From IMG/VR virus record IMGVR_UViG_3300042292_001068: a DNA stretch of 64,000 nt. One strand, given 5' to 3'. The position numbers and the translations under genes were made by a program. The notes under the pieces are model-generated. The model was given only the letters and a program-made list of their open reading frames with translations. It had not been told where the DNA came from and did no database searches. Below, piece by piece: positions 37,784 to 46,246 of this stretch. Positions within the stretch are counted from its first letter, which is position 1; each line of letters starts with the position of its first letter. Source of the DNA: an uncultured virus (IMG/VR IMGVR_UViG_3300042292_001068) (taxonomy: Duplodnaviria; Heunggongvirae; Uroviricota; Caudoviricetes).

Positions 37784-38215
37784 TTACAATGATTTAATTT
37801 TCCAATAAATACTTCTTAAAACTATTTTATCTTCTTCTGATTCTAATGATTTACCTAATGCAGTAACATCATCAAGAATTTCTTTTATTTGTTCCTTCCG
37901 TGTTAATTTCTTTTCTAATGGAATAGGCATCTTGTCTATGCAACACCATTTCATAACACTTCTTTTAGAGAACTGACATTCAACAACACCAACCTCTGCC
38001 AATACACCCATCTGAACTAATTCAGTTATCCGATTGCGTATAGTTTCTGAATGTTGCGATGTAGGGTTTTCTTTACGATAAATTTCGCTTACTTCTGCCC
38101 CTGTCAATCCTTGTGGGTTTTGATAAAATATATCAAATACCTTTAAACGCTTTTCGGAAATCAATCCCGAATTTTTAATTGCGTGATAAGTTTCAATACT
38201 TGTTGTCTGTACCAT
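37784..38215 (-). CDS. Winged-HTH-like protein
   Basis: TS.E.Y..I; GLT..E; R.RITELV..G. Confidence 0.5.
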   Translation of the reverse strand: MVQTTSIETYHAIKNSGLISEKRLKVFDIFYQNPQGLTGAEVSEIYRKENPTSQHSETIRNRITELVQMGVLAEVGVVECQFSKRSVMKWCCIDKMPIPLEKKLTRKEQIKEILDDVTALGKSLESEEDKIVLRSIYWKIKSL

Positions 38216-38216
38216 T

Positions 38217-38459
38217 TTATTTATTTAAAAAATTCAACCTACATTTTCTGAAAATAATTTCTGCTTCAAAAAAATCGTTTGGCAATTCGCAAGTAACAAT
38301 ATGCTTATGCTTAATTCCGATTTTATTATTCAATGCTATCATTAATCCATTATTTAATACGGACAATGATTTATTCCCTTTCTTCCAAATTCTATTATTG
38401 ATTTTCCAACCTGTGCTAATTAAATAATCTTCAAGTGAGAAATTAATATTACTTTCCAT
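38217..38459 (-). CDS. Hypothetical protein
   Basis: ORF in array. Confidence 0.45.
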   Translation of the reverse strand: MESNINFSLEDYLISTGWKINNRIWKKGNKSLSVLNNGLMIALNNKIGIKHKHIVTCELPNDFFEAEIIFRKCRLNFLNK

Positions 38460-38475
38460 TTTCTTTTTATTAAAA

Positions 38476-38500
38476 ATGGGGGCAAATAAATGCCCCCCAT
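38476..38500. other. GC hairpin (GGGGGCAAATAAAT class)
   Basis: atgggggc-aaataaat-gccccccat; similar at 44148-44176. Confidence 0.6.
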
Positions 38501-38502
38501 TA

Positions 38503-38847
38503 TTACCAAGTTAATTGATATTTATCCAAAATTTCTTTCGGATATAAATGCGAATTATCATTGTACCCTACAACATCTTCCCACCATCTTATTCCTGCTT
38601 GTAAGCGTGGAACTGCGAACTTTCCAATATCTTCTGCGTGAGCATAGAAAAACACATCATTTCGCCCCCCTGTATCGGGAATAGCGTTTCCGTGTTTATC
38701 TAAATCGGGAAGTGTTTTAATTTCGGTTTCATATTTAATTCTTGTGCCGAAATTATCAAACATATAATTTTCAAATTCTTGTGTGGTGAAACCATCTAAT
38801 AGAACACCTTGCCATACGCACAACTGCGTGAAATTATTATCTTTCAT
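38503..38847 (-). CDS. Conserved phage hypothetical protein
   Basis: TGGRND.FF..H.EDI.KFAVPRL..GIRWWED. Confidence 0.6.
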   Translation of the reverse strand: MKDNNFTQLCVWQGVLLDGFTTQEFENYMFDNFGTRIKYETEIKTLPDLDKHGNAIPDTGGRNDVFFYAHAEDIGKFAVPRLQAGIRWWEDVVGYNDNSHLYPKEILDKYQLTW

Positions 38848-38848
38848 T

Positions 38849-39154
38849 TTAATTGTTATTTTCAGTTTCTAATTCTTTTTCTATATCCGATATTTCTTCT
38901 TCTAATTGCACGGATGACTTGTCCAATATTTGCATAGCATCGTACAATAAATTAGAAGCATTATCTGAATTATCACGCCAATAATTATCGCCATATTTTT
39001 CCACTATCTTATTTTGGAATAGCGAATTTAATTTATCAGTAATGTTTTGTAATTCTTCTAAATCTTCACGAAGAACTTCGAGATTAATTCGAGAATTTAT
39101 TTTTAATAATTCATTCTCCAATTCATTTTTCTTTTCAATTAATTCTTTTTTCAT
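38849..39154 (-). CDS. Coiled-coil hypothetical protein
   Basis: Start revised to MKKELIE (the longer start lies inside the structured element). Confidence 0.55.
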   Translation of the reverse strand: MKKELIEKKNELENELLKINSRINLEVLREDLEELQNITDKLNSLFQNKIVEKYGDNYWRDNSDNASNLLYDAMQILDKSSVQLEEEISDIEKELETENNN

Positions 39155-39172
39155 TTTTTTGAAATTAAATAA

Positions 39173-39204
39173 TGGGGGCAACGATACCCTGCCCCCTTTG
39201 GGTT
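39173..39204 (-). ncRNA. Intergenic pseudoknot-like element, copy 1
   Basis: ACCC aaa GGGGGCA GGGT atcgt TGCCCCC. Confidence 0.6.
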
Positions 39205-39735
39205 TTATTTGCTCGGACTTAAAATCGTGTAAATCTTCTCAAAAATTAAAGGAAGAATTTCTTGATTAATTTGTTTCGCCCAATCTTCGTTCTTAATTAA
39301 TTCAGCACAAGGATTAGTTGTTACATTACAACCACCTTTACCAAACATCCCTGCACTTTCTTTAAGCATATAAAATGACTTAAATAATTCACTTAATTGC
39401 CACCCTTCTTTTTCTGTAAATGTGGTTTCAAATAAAAGTGGTGCATCAAATATGTTGTGAACATAATCTGTATTGATAGTGCATTTTTTATCGAAGTCAT
39501 ATTTTTTCATCTGCCCCATAAATGAACTATCAATATGTTGGTGAGAATTAATGTCTTTTGATAAATGTGGGTTTTTATTATTCGTGTATGTTTCAACATA
39601 ACCGAATCCCCAATACCATCCACAATCCCATCTTGATTCTTCTAACCAATAATTAGTGCCATCTTCATCACGACCTAATAAATAGATTTTTTTACCAAAT
39701 GCTTCGTTTGTTTTTTTGCTAATCTGTCTTTTCAT
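39205..39735 (-). CDS. Conserved phage hypothetical protein
   Basis: WDCGWYWGFGY motif; start revised to MKRQIS. Confidence 0.6.
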   Translation of the reverse strand: MKRQISKKTNEAFGKKIYLLGRDEDGTNYWLEESRWDCGWYWGFGYVETYTNNKNPHLSKDINSHQHIDSSFMGQMKKYDFDKKCTINTDYVHNIFDAPLLFETTFTEKEGWQLSELFKSFYMLKESAGMFGKGGCNVTTNPCAELIKNEDWAKQINQEILPLIFEKIYTILSPSK

Positions 39736-39762
39736 TTTCTGAAAATTTAAAATAAAATAATT

Positions 39763-39791
39763 AGTGCAATTCACCCTGCACAATTTGGGTT
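39763..39791 (-). ncRNA. Intergenic pseudoknot-like element, copy 2
   Basis: ACCC aaatt GTGCA GGGT gaat TGCAC. Confidence 0.6.
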
Positions 39792-40021
39792 TATAATAAT
39801 GTTACTTTGGTTAAATTAATTACTTCGGGAACACCCCTTTTACGACCTTCTCTTTTAACACTTACTTTAAGTCCGTAATAATTTTCAGTTTTTATTTTAC
39901 GCCCTAATTTAGATGCAAGGGAAGTTAAATCAATATCTAATTGTGGGGAATAAAATACTTGCCCCTCTTTTCCATTTAGAATCATATAAGATTCATACGA
40001 TGGTCTGATTGTTCCTTTCAT
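39791..40021 (-). CDS. Hypothetical protein
   Basis: ORF in array. Confidence 0.5.
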   Translation of the reverse strand: MKGTIRPSYESYMILNGKEGQVFYSPQLDIDLTSLASKLGRKIKTENYYGLKVSVKREGRKRGVPEVINLTKVTLL

Positions 40022-40047
40022 TTTATTAATTATTTAATTTAAAAAAT

Positions 40048-40073
40048 AGGGGCAATTTCCTGCCCCTTTTAGA
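40048..40073 (-). ncRNA. Intergenic pseudoknot-like element, copy 3
   Basis: TCT aaaa GGGGCA GGA aat TGCCCC. Confidence 0.55.
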
Positions 40074-41978
40074 TTATCTACTAATTGTACTTATAACATT
40101 GGTTTTAGTACCCTTAAATTCCTTGTGTGCTTTAATTGTCGCATTAAATTCAACTATGCTACCAATCTCAACTTCTGCGTGATTGCTGATTAAAAATCTT
40201 TCGGGAATATCTCCGAATTTTGAGAATAAATTACCCTTATCATCAACCATTTCAAATAGCGTGGTATCTCCGTAAGATGTATTCATTTCTTTCATCATTA
40301 CGATTGTTAATTTGGCTCTATATTTTTCACCTACAATACCAACAAATGCACCCTCTTTAATTTCAATGTCATTCTCTTTACTTTCGTGGTCTGAATAAGC
40401 ATCAAAATCTGTAACAAATCCAAGTACGCTTTTTGCTCTCGTATAAGCCACATACATTAAGTTTTTTTCCTGTGCCTGTTCCCAATCTTTTTTAGCGTGT
40501 TTAGATGGCATTAATTCCGAATGAATAATAAATACTCTATCGGCTTCTAATCCTTTGCTTTTGTGAATTGTAGATAAACAAATTCCATCTGAATCATCCG
40601 AGAAAATGATTTTTAATTTTGCAATTAAATCATCCCCTGTTAAACAACCATTAGAAAGTGTTTCAAGTGTTGAAATTTTATCAGTATAAGAAATAACCAA
40701 AGTATTTTCATTTGCTTCTTGCTCTGTGCATTTTTCTTTGTTCATTATATTTTTTACTAATTTATTTTTCTCTTTATAAATTCGTGCAAATATATTTTCA
40801 CAAGAAAATTCTTCTGTTTTTCTTCGACAACTTTCAATCATTGTAATTAATGATGCAGAAATATCTGTACCCATTACATACGCTTTAACACCCTTTGATA
40901 AATACTTCATACAAAGTGCGACAAGGGGCATTGTATTTCTACATATAACCATATCACCTTTTACGATATTTTTATAGGAAAAATTATTATCAATTAATCC
41001 TTTTTTAGCGTTAGGACTTGCTTCGATTGTAGGCATTAATTTTTTCGCAAAATCAATAATATCTGAACCACATCTATAACATACTGAAAGTGGTAATGTA
41101 ATTGTATTTTCAATATCAATTAATTTTTGGAAAGAATCTGAATCAGCACCACTAAAACCATAAATCGCTTGTGCAGGGTCGCCTACGGCAATAAATCGCC
41201 CTGTATCGGGTTTAATTGCTTTCTTCATTAATTCTCTTTGACAAGCGTTTAAATCTTGACATTCATCAATGAAAACAATATCGTATTTAGTCGTCTGCAA
41301 ATTCAAATGATTCGGTAAAAATACCATATCTGTAAAATCTGCTTTTTGCGTAAAAGAAGCACCCAAAATAATTAATAACCAAGCACGATAACATTCACCA
41401 TTAATTATTTCAACATTGTGTTTAATTGATATTTCTCTTAATTGCTCAATACCTAAATCTTGATTTTTTAAATCAATTAAATTTAATCTACCTAAATCAC
41501 ATAATTTTTGAACCCTACCAAAATATGCAATTTTATCTTCGATTAATTCTTTTTCAGAATCATCAAAAAGAAAATTATCAACTAAATTAATTTGTGATGA
41601 TTTGAAATTATATTGCTTCAAAAAATCTAAATCCGTATGTTCTGAATACGATAAAATATCTTTCAATAATTTCTTGTACTTGTTGTTGTCAATTTCTGAC
41701 TTGTGTGATTTTGTAAGGGAAAAATATCCGTATGCGTGTAATGTACGCACTTCGATATTGGTAGCACTCTTTGGTACTCTTTCAGATAGTTCCTGTGCGA
41801 TGCTTTTATTGAACGCAAGGAATAAAACATTTAACTCCGATGGAATTAAATTAAGGGCATTAATTAAGGTTGTAGTTTTACCACTTCCTGCTACGGCAGA
41901 AACTACTGCGTTGCCTTGTCCTGTGGTAATAAAATCATAAATCCCTTGTTGATAAACGGAAGGTTGAAACTTGCTCAT
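40074..41978 (-). CDS. UvrD/Rep-like SF1 helicase with C-terminal OB-fold-like extension
   Basis: AVAGSGKTT, IDECQD, VGDPAQAIYGFSGA, YRC, STIHKSKGLE, YVAYTRAK. Confidence 0.9.
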   Translation of the reverse strand: MSKFQPSVYQQGIYDFITTGQGNAVVSAVAGSGKTTTLINALNLIPSELNVLFLAFNKSIAQELSERVPKSATNIEVRTLHAYGYFSLTKSHKSEIDNNKYKKLLKDILSYSEHTDLDFLKQYNFKSSQINLVDNFLFDDSEKELIEDKIAYFGRVQKLCDLGRLNLIDLKNQDLGIEQLREISIKHNVEIINGECYRAWLLIILGASFTQKADFTDMVFLPNHLNLQTTKYDIVFIDECQDLNACQRELMKKAIKPDTGRFIAVGDPAQAIYGFSGADSDSFQKLIDIENTITLPLSVCYRCGSDIIDFAKKLMPTIEASPNAKKGLIDNNFSYKNIVKGDMVICRNTMPLVALCMKYLSKGVKAYVMGTDISASLITMIESCRRKTEEFSCENIFARIYKEKNKLVKNIMNKEKCTEQEANENTLVISYTDKISTLETLSNGCLTGDDLIAKLKIIFSDDSDGICLSTIHKSKGLEADRVFIIHSELMPSKHAKKDWEQAQEKNLMYVAYTRAKSVLGFVTDFDAYSDHESKENDIEIKEGAFVGIVGEKYRAKLTIVMMKEMNTSYGDTTLFEMVDDKGNLFSKFGDIPERFLISNHAEVEIGSIVEFNATIKAHKEFKGTKTNVISTISR

Positions 41979-42004
41979 AATTGAAACAATTTAATTTAAA
42001 ATGA

Positions 42005-42034
42005 AGGGGGCAATATCCTGCCCCCATTTAGGTT
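42005..42034 (-). ncRNA. Intergenic pseudoknot-like element, copy 4
   Basis: ACCT aaat GGGGGCA GGAT at TGCCCCC. Confidence 0.55.
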
Positions 42035-42040
42035 AGTTAT

Positions 42041-42280
42041 TTATTTTGTTGATTGCAATTTATTAATTGAATCTAATTTTGCTAATAATGTTTTTCGATA
42101 TAATTCTTCGTTGAAGTGTCCATTCCTTGTCCACCATTCCAAAGCAAATTTTTTATTCCACCATTCTGTGTCATAATAAATGGAATTAATTAAATTACTT
42201 TTTGATGAAACATATTTAATTTTTGGCATAGTCAATTCTACGCTTGGTAAACTTGGTAAAATAGTTTTAACATTCTTCAT
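42041..42280 (-). CDS. Hypothetical protein
   Basis: Start revised to MKNVKT. Confidence 0.45.
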   Translation of the reverse strand: MKNVKTILPSLPSVELTMPKIKYVSSKSNLINSIYYDTEWWNKKFALEWWTRNGHFNEELYRKTLLAKLDSINKLQSTK

Positions 42281-42689
42281 CTTCGTCTGTTTTATGATAA
42301 TCTTCCCAATAAGTAATTGCATCTTCTTCATTCACAAATAAAGTATCAGTATTATCATCGCCTTCATCTTCTTCGCATTGATGAAGTGTAAAAGAATCAA
42401 ATAAATCTTCTGTGAATATTGTTTCTTGTGTAGGTGAAGAATGTTGCCAAACAGAATAAATTTCTACATTATCCATTAATGGGCAATATCCGTGTGCATC
42501 TAAATAATCACAATCGTAATCAAAACCAACGCTATCTGTATATTCAATAGGCGTTAATTTTTCATTAGCAATTTGTTCTGCTTCGTATTCAGATTCGGCA
42601 TAAATTTCAACGCCTACTTCGACTACGAATTGTTTTCTAACGCTAAATTTTTTAAGCGTTTTAATTTCCAAAATGTTTGGCTTGTTCAT
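42267..42689 (-). CDS. Highly acidic hypothetical protein
   Basis: D/E-rich ORF. Confidence 0.55.
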   Translation of the reverse strand: MNKPNILEIKTLKKFSVRKQFVVEVGVEIYAESEYEAEQIANEKLTPIEYTDSVGFDYDCDYLDAHGYCPLMDNVEIYSVWQHSSPTQETIFTEDLFDSFTLHQCEEDEGDDNTDTLFVNEEDAITYWEDYHKTDEDEEC

Positions 42690-42710
42690 TTGATTTAAAA
42701 TTTAATTGTA

Positions 42711-42737
42711 GAGCAATTAACCCTGCTCATTTAGGTT
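42711..42737 (-). ncRNA. Intergenic pseudoknot-like element, copy 5
   Basis: ACCT aaat GAGCA GGGT taat TGCTC. Confidence 0.6.
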
Positions 42738-42749
42738 TATTTTATTTGT

Positions 42750-42792
42750 TGTAGTGGGGGGAATCGAACCCCCCATTTAAACCATTCTACAT
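42750..42792 (-). ncRNA. Minimal tRNA-like element (closing stem plus T-arm), copy A
   Basis: TGTAG AATGGTTTAAAT GGGGGG TTCGATT CCCCCC A CTACA. Confidence 0.6.
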
Positions 42793-42800
42793 AATTGATT

Positions 42801-43541
42801 TTATTCTTCGGAATTATCGTCTGAATTATCTTCGGATTTAAAATTGTGGTAATTTTTAATTATGTCCTCAATATCACTTGTATTATAATCAAACTCATTT
42901 TTAAATGTTGTACGAAATTCATCAGAATCTATCGTAACATCTGTTACCTCAATTTTTTTGTATGAATCCATTTCGCACTCAAAATCTTCAATTTGTGTAA
43001 ATGAAATAGTAGTGTCAATATTCCTTACAGATGTATCAACAATTTCTGTAATTAATTCAAACAATTCTCTTGTCATTAATTTAACTAATAATATTGTTTC
43101 TGTGGTATTTCTATTTTGGTTAATCCATTGTAAAAACCTATCGTATTCAAATGAAAAGTTAGAACAGAAATAATCGCTTATATCAAGCGTTACATTTTCT
43201 AATTCAACTTCGCAAGAATAATTAATTCTTAAATCATAATCGTCAATTTCGCCACTACCACTAAATGTTTGGGTGCGAAAATATTCAGCACCACAATCAG
43301 TAATAAATTCATCAATTAAATCAATCAATGAATCAATCATTTCTTGCGTAATTGTTTCATCTGAATTTCCTTCTTGCATTTTAATTTTAAGCAAATCAAA
43401 TTCATTAATTAATTTTTCCAATTCGGAACGCAAAGAATTAATTTCATTCGTTGAATTGTTGTTCAATGCTTCTTCCGTGTTGTTCATACGAATTACAAGT
43501 GCATTAATCTTGTCCTCTAAATTTTGAAATTGTGTGTTCAT
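42801..43541 (-). CDS. Acidic protein with N-terminal coiled coil and an internal duplication
   Basis: IDDYDLRINYSCEVELENVTLD versus IEDFECEMDSYKKIEVTDVTID. Confidence 0.55.
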   Translation of the reverse strand: MNTQFQNLEDKINALVIRMNNTEEALNNNSTNEINSLRSELEKLINEFDLLKIKMQEGNSDETITQEMIDSLIDLIDEFITDCGAEYFRTQTFSGSGEIDDYDLRINYSCEVELENVTLDISDYFCSNFSFEYDRFLQWINQNRNTTETILLVKLMTRELFELITEIVDTSVRNIDTTISFTQIEDFECEMDSYKKIEVTDVTIDSDEFRTTFKNEFDYNTSDIEDIIKNYHNFKSEDNSDDNSEE

Positions 43542-43574
43542 TTTGTTTTTTAATTTAATTTAATTTAATTTAAG

Positions 43575-43607
43575 TGGGGGCAATTAAACCCTGCCCCCTT
43601 TTAGGTG
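43575..43607 (-). ncRNA. Intergenic pseudoknot-like element, copy 6
   Basis: ACCT aaaa GGGGGCA GGGT ttaat TGCCCCC. Confidence 0.6.
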
Positions 43608-43615
43608 TATAAAAA

Positions 43616-44041
43616 TTATCCGTAAATCACTTCTTTATATAAAGCGTATTGTAATGCGTTGAAACAATCCCACGCATCGGTAGAACAATTATCATCATCA
43701 ATTAATTTTGCCAAATCAATTTTTTCTTCATCGTTTAATGAATTGAAATTAATTAGTGCATCATCTAATTTTAATTCAATTAATTCTTCGCCCTCATAAT
43801 CGGTGAAAATAATTGCATCGCCATTTTTTAGAATTTCAATGTAAACATCTTCTAAACATATAGAAGTAATTCCCCTTTCCTTTAAACGAGTTTTTGCGTT
43901 GGCATAATTAATTTCATTAGGGATATTTTCATTCGCCCAATCAATAGAAACCGAACAATTATATAGTTCGATTAATCCACCATTACAGAATGAATCGTAA
44001 AGAATCTTTTCTGCATCTTCTTTTGAAAATTCAATTTTCAT
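43616..44041 (-). CDS. Acidic hypothetical protein, first gene of the early block
   Basis: Ends DA.DC...LQYALY.EVIYG, a common phage early-gene motif. Confidence 0.6.
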   Translation of the reverse strand: MKIEFSKEDAEKILYDSFCNGGLIELYNCSVSIDWANENIPNEINYANAKTRLKERGITSICLEDVYIEILKNGDAIIFTDYEGEELIELKLDDALINFNSLNDEEKIDLAKLIDDDNCSTDAWDCFNALQYALYKEVIYG

Positions 44042-44070
44042 TTTAATTTAATTTAAGTTAAAAAAATAAT

Positions 44071-44096
44071 GAGCAAATAACCCTTGCTCGTTGGGT
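44071..44096 (-). ncRNA. Intergenic pseudoknot-like element, copy 7
   Basis: ACCC aac GAGCAA GGGT tat TTGCTC. Confidence 0.6.
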
Positions 44097-44101
44097 ATAG
44101 T

Positions 44102-44140
44102 AATGTGTAAGGAATCGAACCTTAAATAACCATTCACATT
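44102..44140 (-). ncRNA. Minimal tRNA-like element, copy B
   Basis: AATGTG AATGGTTATT TAAGG TTCGATT CCTTA CACATT. Confidence 0.6.
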
Positions 44141-44332
44141 TTAAATAAAAGGGGGCAAATAAATTCGCCCCCCTTTAATGTCTTTTTATTTCTCAATCTT
44201 TCAATGGGAAAACGACCATTATTTTTATGTATTCAAATAACTACCCATTGTCTAACTGCCTGTCGCCCTTTAACAGATATAATCAATCCAACACGCATCG
44301 CCTTTAATAATTGACTTTCGTTTAATTCTCCA

Positions 44333-44413
44333 TAAGCCATTTCACAATTTCTACTTTAAATTAAATTACTAATCTTTCAACCATTCCTATATTAAGCCAT
44401 TTCACAATTTCTA
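44333..44413. repeat. Perfect 21 bp direct repeat, 2 copies, 60 bp period
   Basis: taagccatttcacaatttcta at 44333-44353 and 44393-44413. Confidence 0.85.
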
Positions 44414-44670
44414 ATATCTGTTTGAATTTACTCACTAATTCTATTTGACCTGCGATACCTCAAAGAACATTTAAGCCGAAGCCGAGTGAATTTACCCTTG
44501 TGTTTGAATTTTCGCTTAACCATCCTACGACTTCCACATCATCGGCAATAGGTGTGCGATTTACCATATTAAAGTGCGACCTCTAATACCCTCACGCTTT
44601 CCGTTTAAGTTACTCTATCCATTCACAGGGGGGCAAGGAATCACGCCTTGTTGTACCCCTTTCAGTCCAT

Positions 44671-44679
44671 TCAAAGAAC
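44671..44679 (-). promoter_or_regulatory. boxA-like antitermination site (second copy at 44460-44468)
   Basis: GTTCTTTGA on the minus strand, about 25 nt downstream of the -7 box. Confidence 0.45.
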
Positions 44680-44703
44680 GCTTTCGTGGTTGAACTGATA
44701 GAG

Positions 44704-44711
44704 CAAATGTA
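44704..44711 (-). promoter_or_regulatory. Bacteroidota-type -7 box, likely major early promoter
   Basis: TACATTTG on the minus strand at the head of the long leader. Confidence 0.55.
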
Positions 44712-44839
44712 GGGGTATAATTGGAACTACCAAAATTATTTTTAAAGATAATCGTGTAAATGTTGTTAATAACTCAATCAAACCCAATAAAATCAAGGGT
44801 TCACATTGTTAATAACTTATATGAAATTTGTTGATTTTA

Positions 44840-45967
44840 CTAATCTTCCATCTTTCTTTTCTTCAAGATTTCGGCTTCATCGTAGGTGCGAATCTTGTAC
44901 CCTTCCTTACCTTCCAAAGATGATATTTTACCCCTTGACAACTCCCTAATTTCTTCTGAAAATTTGCGTAAAATGGTTGCGAATTTTAGTTGTTGCATTA
45001 AAGGTAATTTCATAAGATAATCATTCAATTTAGATTTATCCAATGCACTAACAAGTAGATTAATTTGAATCTTATTTAGATTGCTTTTTTCTGCAATTAA
45101 ATTTTCTCGTAACAATTTTATATTCTCTTTTAATGGTAGAGATATGGGTGTAGATTTTTCATAATTAGCAATCGCAGATTCTAAATAATTTAATTTATTT
45201 TCTGCATCTTCTTGAAGCAATAAATGAATAGGAAAATTATCTTCCGAAATTCCTGCTTCCGAAAGTATATTTTTTGTCTGTTCATTTTTCTCTGCAATTT
45301 GTTTTAATTCCTGTTCTTTATCTTTTGCTTCAATATCTTCTCTGTTTGCGTGAAAATCAACAAGTAATTCAGAATTATTTAATATCTGTTCTCTTTGTCT
45401 TGATGGAATATATTTTCCTTCAATAAATTTAGAATAGGTTTCTAACATTTTATCAAGTATTCTTACAAAATCGTGTTTATGAATATCGGTTTTTCCGTAT
45501 TTCTGAACTGCAACCCTTCCATAATCTAAAAGGTGTGAAAATTCGTGAAAAACTAATTCTGCTGAATAAACATCTTTATATCCAAATCTCCAATCACCTA
45601 ATCGTGGTAAAACAATTTCCTTTGATATATCTTTTGCGTGTCCTCTGATACTTGTTGAAAATACTAAATTTACTTTTTCAATTTTATTTGCTTTTAAGTG
45701 CATTTTGTATTTTAATGTTAAATCATCAATTAATAACATAACTTCATTTTTTGTCAATGGAATAGACATCGCCTTATTCATTAACACAGGTTGTTTCGTA
45801 ATTTGCTGAACAACACTATATTCACCCCATACTCTATCCACATCCCTGCCCGATAATAAGCAAAGCATCTCAATCTTCTTTAAATACAAAGATTCATCAA
45901 TAAATCCTTTAAGTTCACGATTTTCAATATCTATAATATTGGCTAATAATTCTTTTTTATCTAACAT
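44840..45967 (-). CDS. HExxH (SprT-like) domain protein
   Basis: VFHEFSHLLDY...H.HDF. Confidence 0.5.
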   Translation of the reverse strand: MLDKKELLANIIDIENRELKGFIDESLYLKKIEMLCLLSGRDVDRVWGEYSVVQQITKQPVLMNKAMSIPLTKNEVMLLIDDLTLKYKMHLKANKIEKVNLVFSTSIRGHAKDISKEIVLPRLGDWRFGYKDVYSAELVFHEFSHLLDYGRVAVQKYGKTDIHKHDFVRILDKMLETYSKFIEGKYIPSRQREQILNNSELLVDFHANREDIEAKDKEQELKQIAEKNEQTKNILSEAGISEDNFPIHLLLQEDAENKLNYLESAIANYEKSTPISLPLKENIKLLRENLIAEKSNLNKIQINLLVSALDKSKLNDYLMKLPLMQQLKFATILRKFSEEIRELSRGKISSLEGKEGYKIRTYDEAEILKKRKMED

Positions 45968-46064
45968 AAAATAATTTTAACAATAAAAACTTTGCTAATT
46001 TATAGATTAAAAATAATATATTTGTTTTTTAATAGATTAGAAGCGAACTTTTAAAATATATAAT

Positions 46065-46235
46065 ATGAATAAAAATGTAAAAATCGCATTAGGAATCGCA
46101 GTTGGCGTAGGACTAATTTACTTGGGTTACAAATATCTTTATAAAGGTTCAACACCCGAAGGAACTGACACATCAAAAGAAAATATCGTTCACGACAAAG
46201 CAAGTCGTGAAGTTGTTTTAGTAGAAAATAATTAA
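46065..46235 (+). CDS. Small single-TM protein (56 aa, not in ORF track)
   Basis: MNKNVKIALGIAVGVGLIYLGYKYLYK...; TATATTTG box at 46017-46024. Confidence 0.65.
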   Translation: MNKNVKIALGIAVGVGLIYLGYKYLYKGSTPEGTDTSKENIVHDKASREVVLVENN

Positions 46236-46246
46236 AACGAAATAAA

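Noticed and set aside
42750..44140. Functional tRNA genes
   Set aside because: T-arm present but no anticodon arm, full D-arm or CCA; about 40 nt only.
44333..44413. 21 bp direct repeat as a mini-CRISPR
   Set aside because: Only two copies, short and non-palindromic; kept as a plain repeat.
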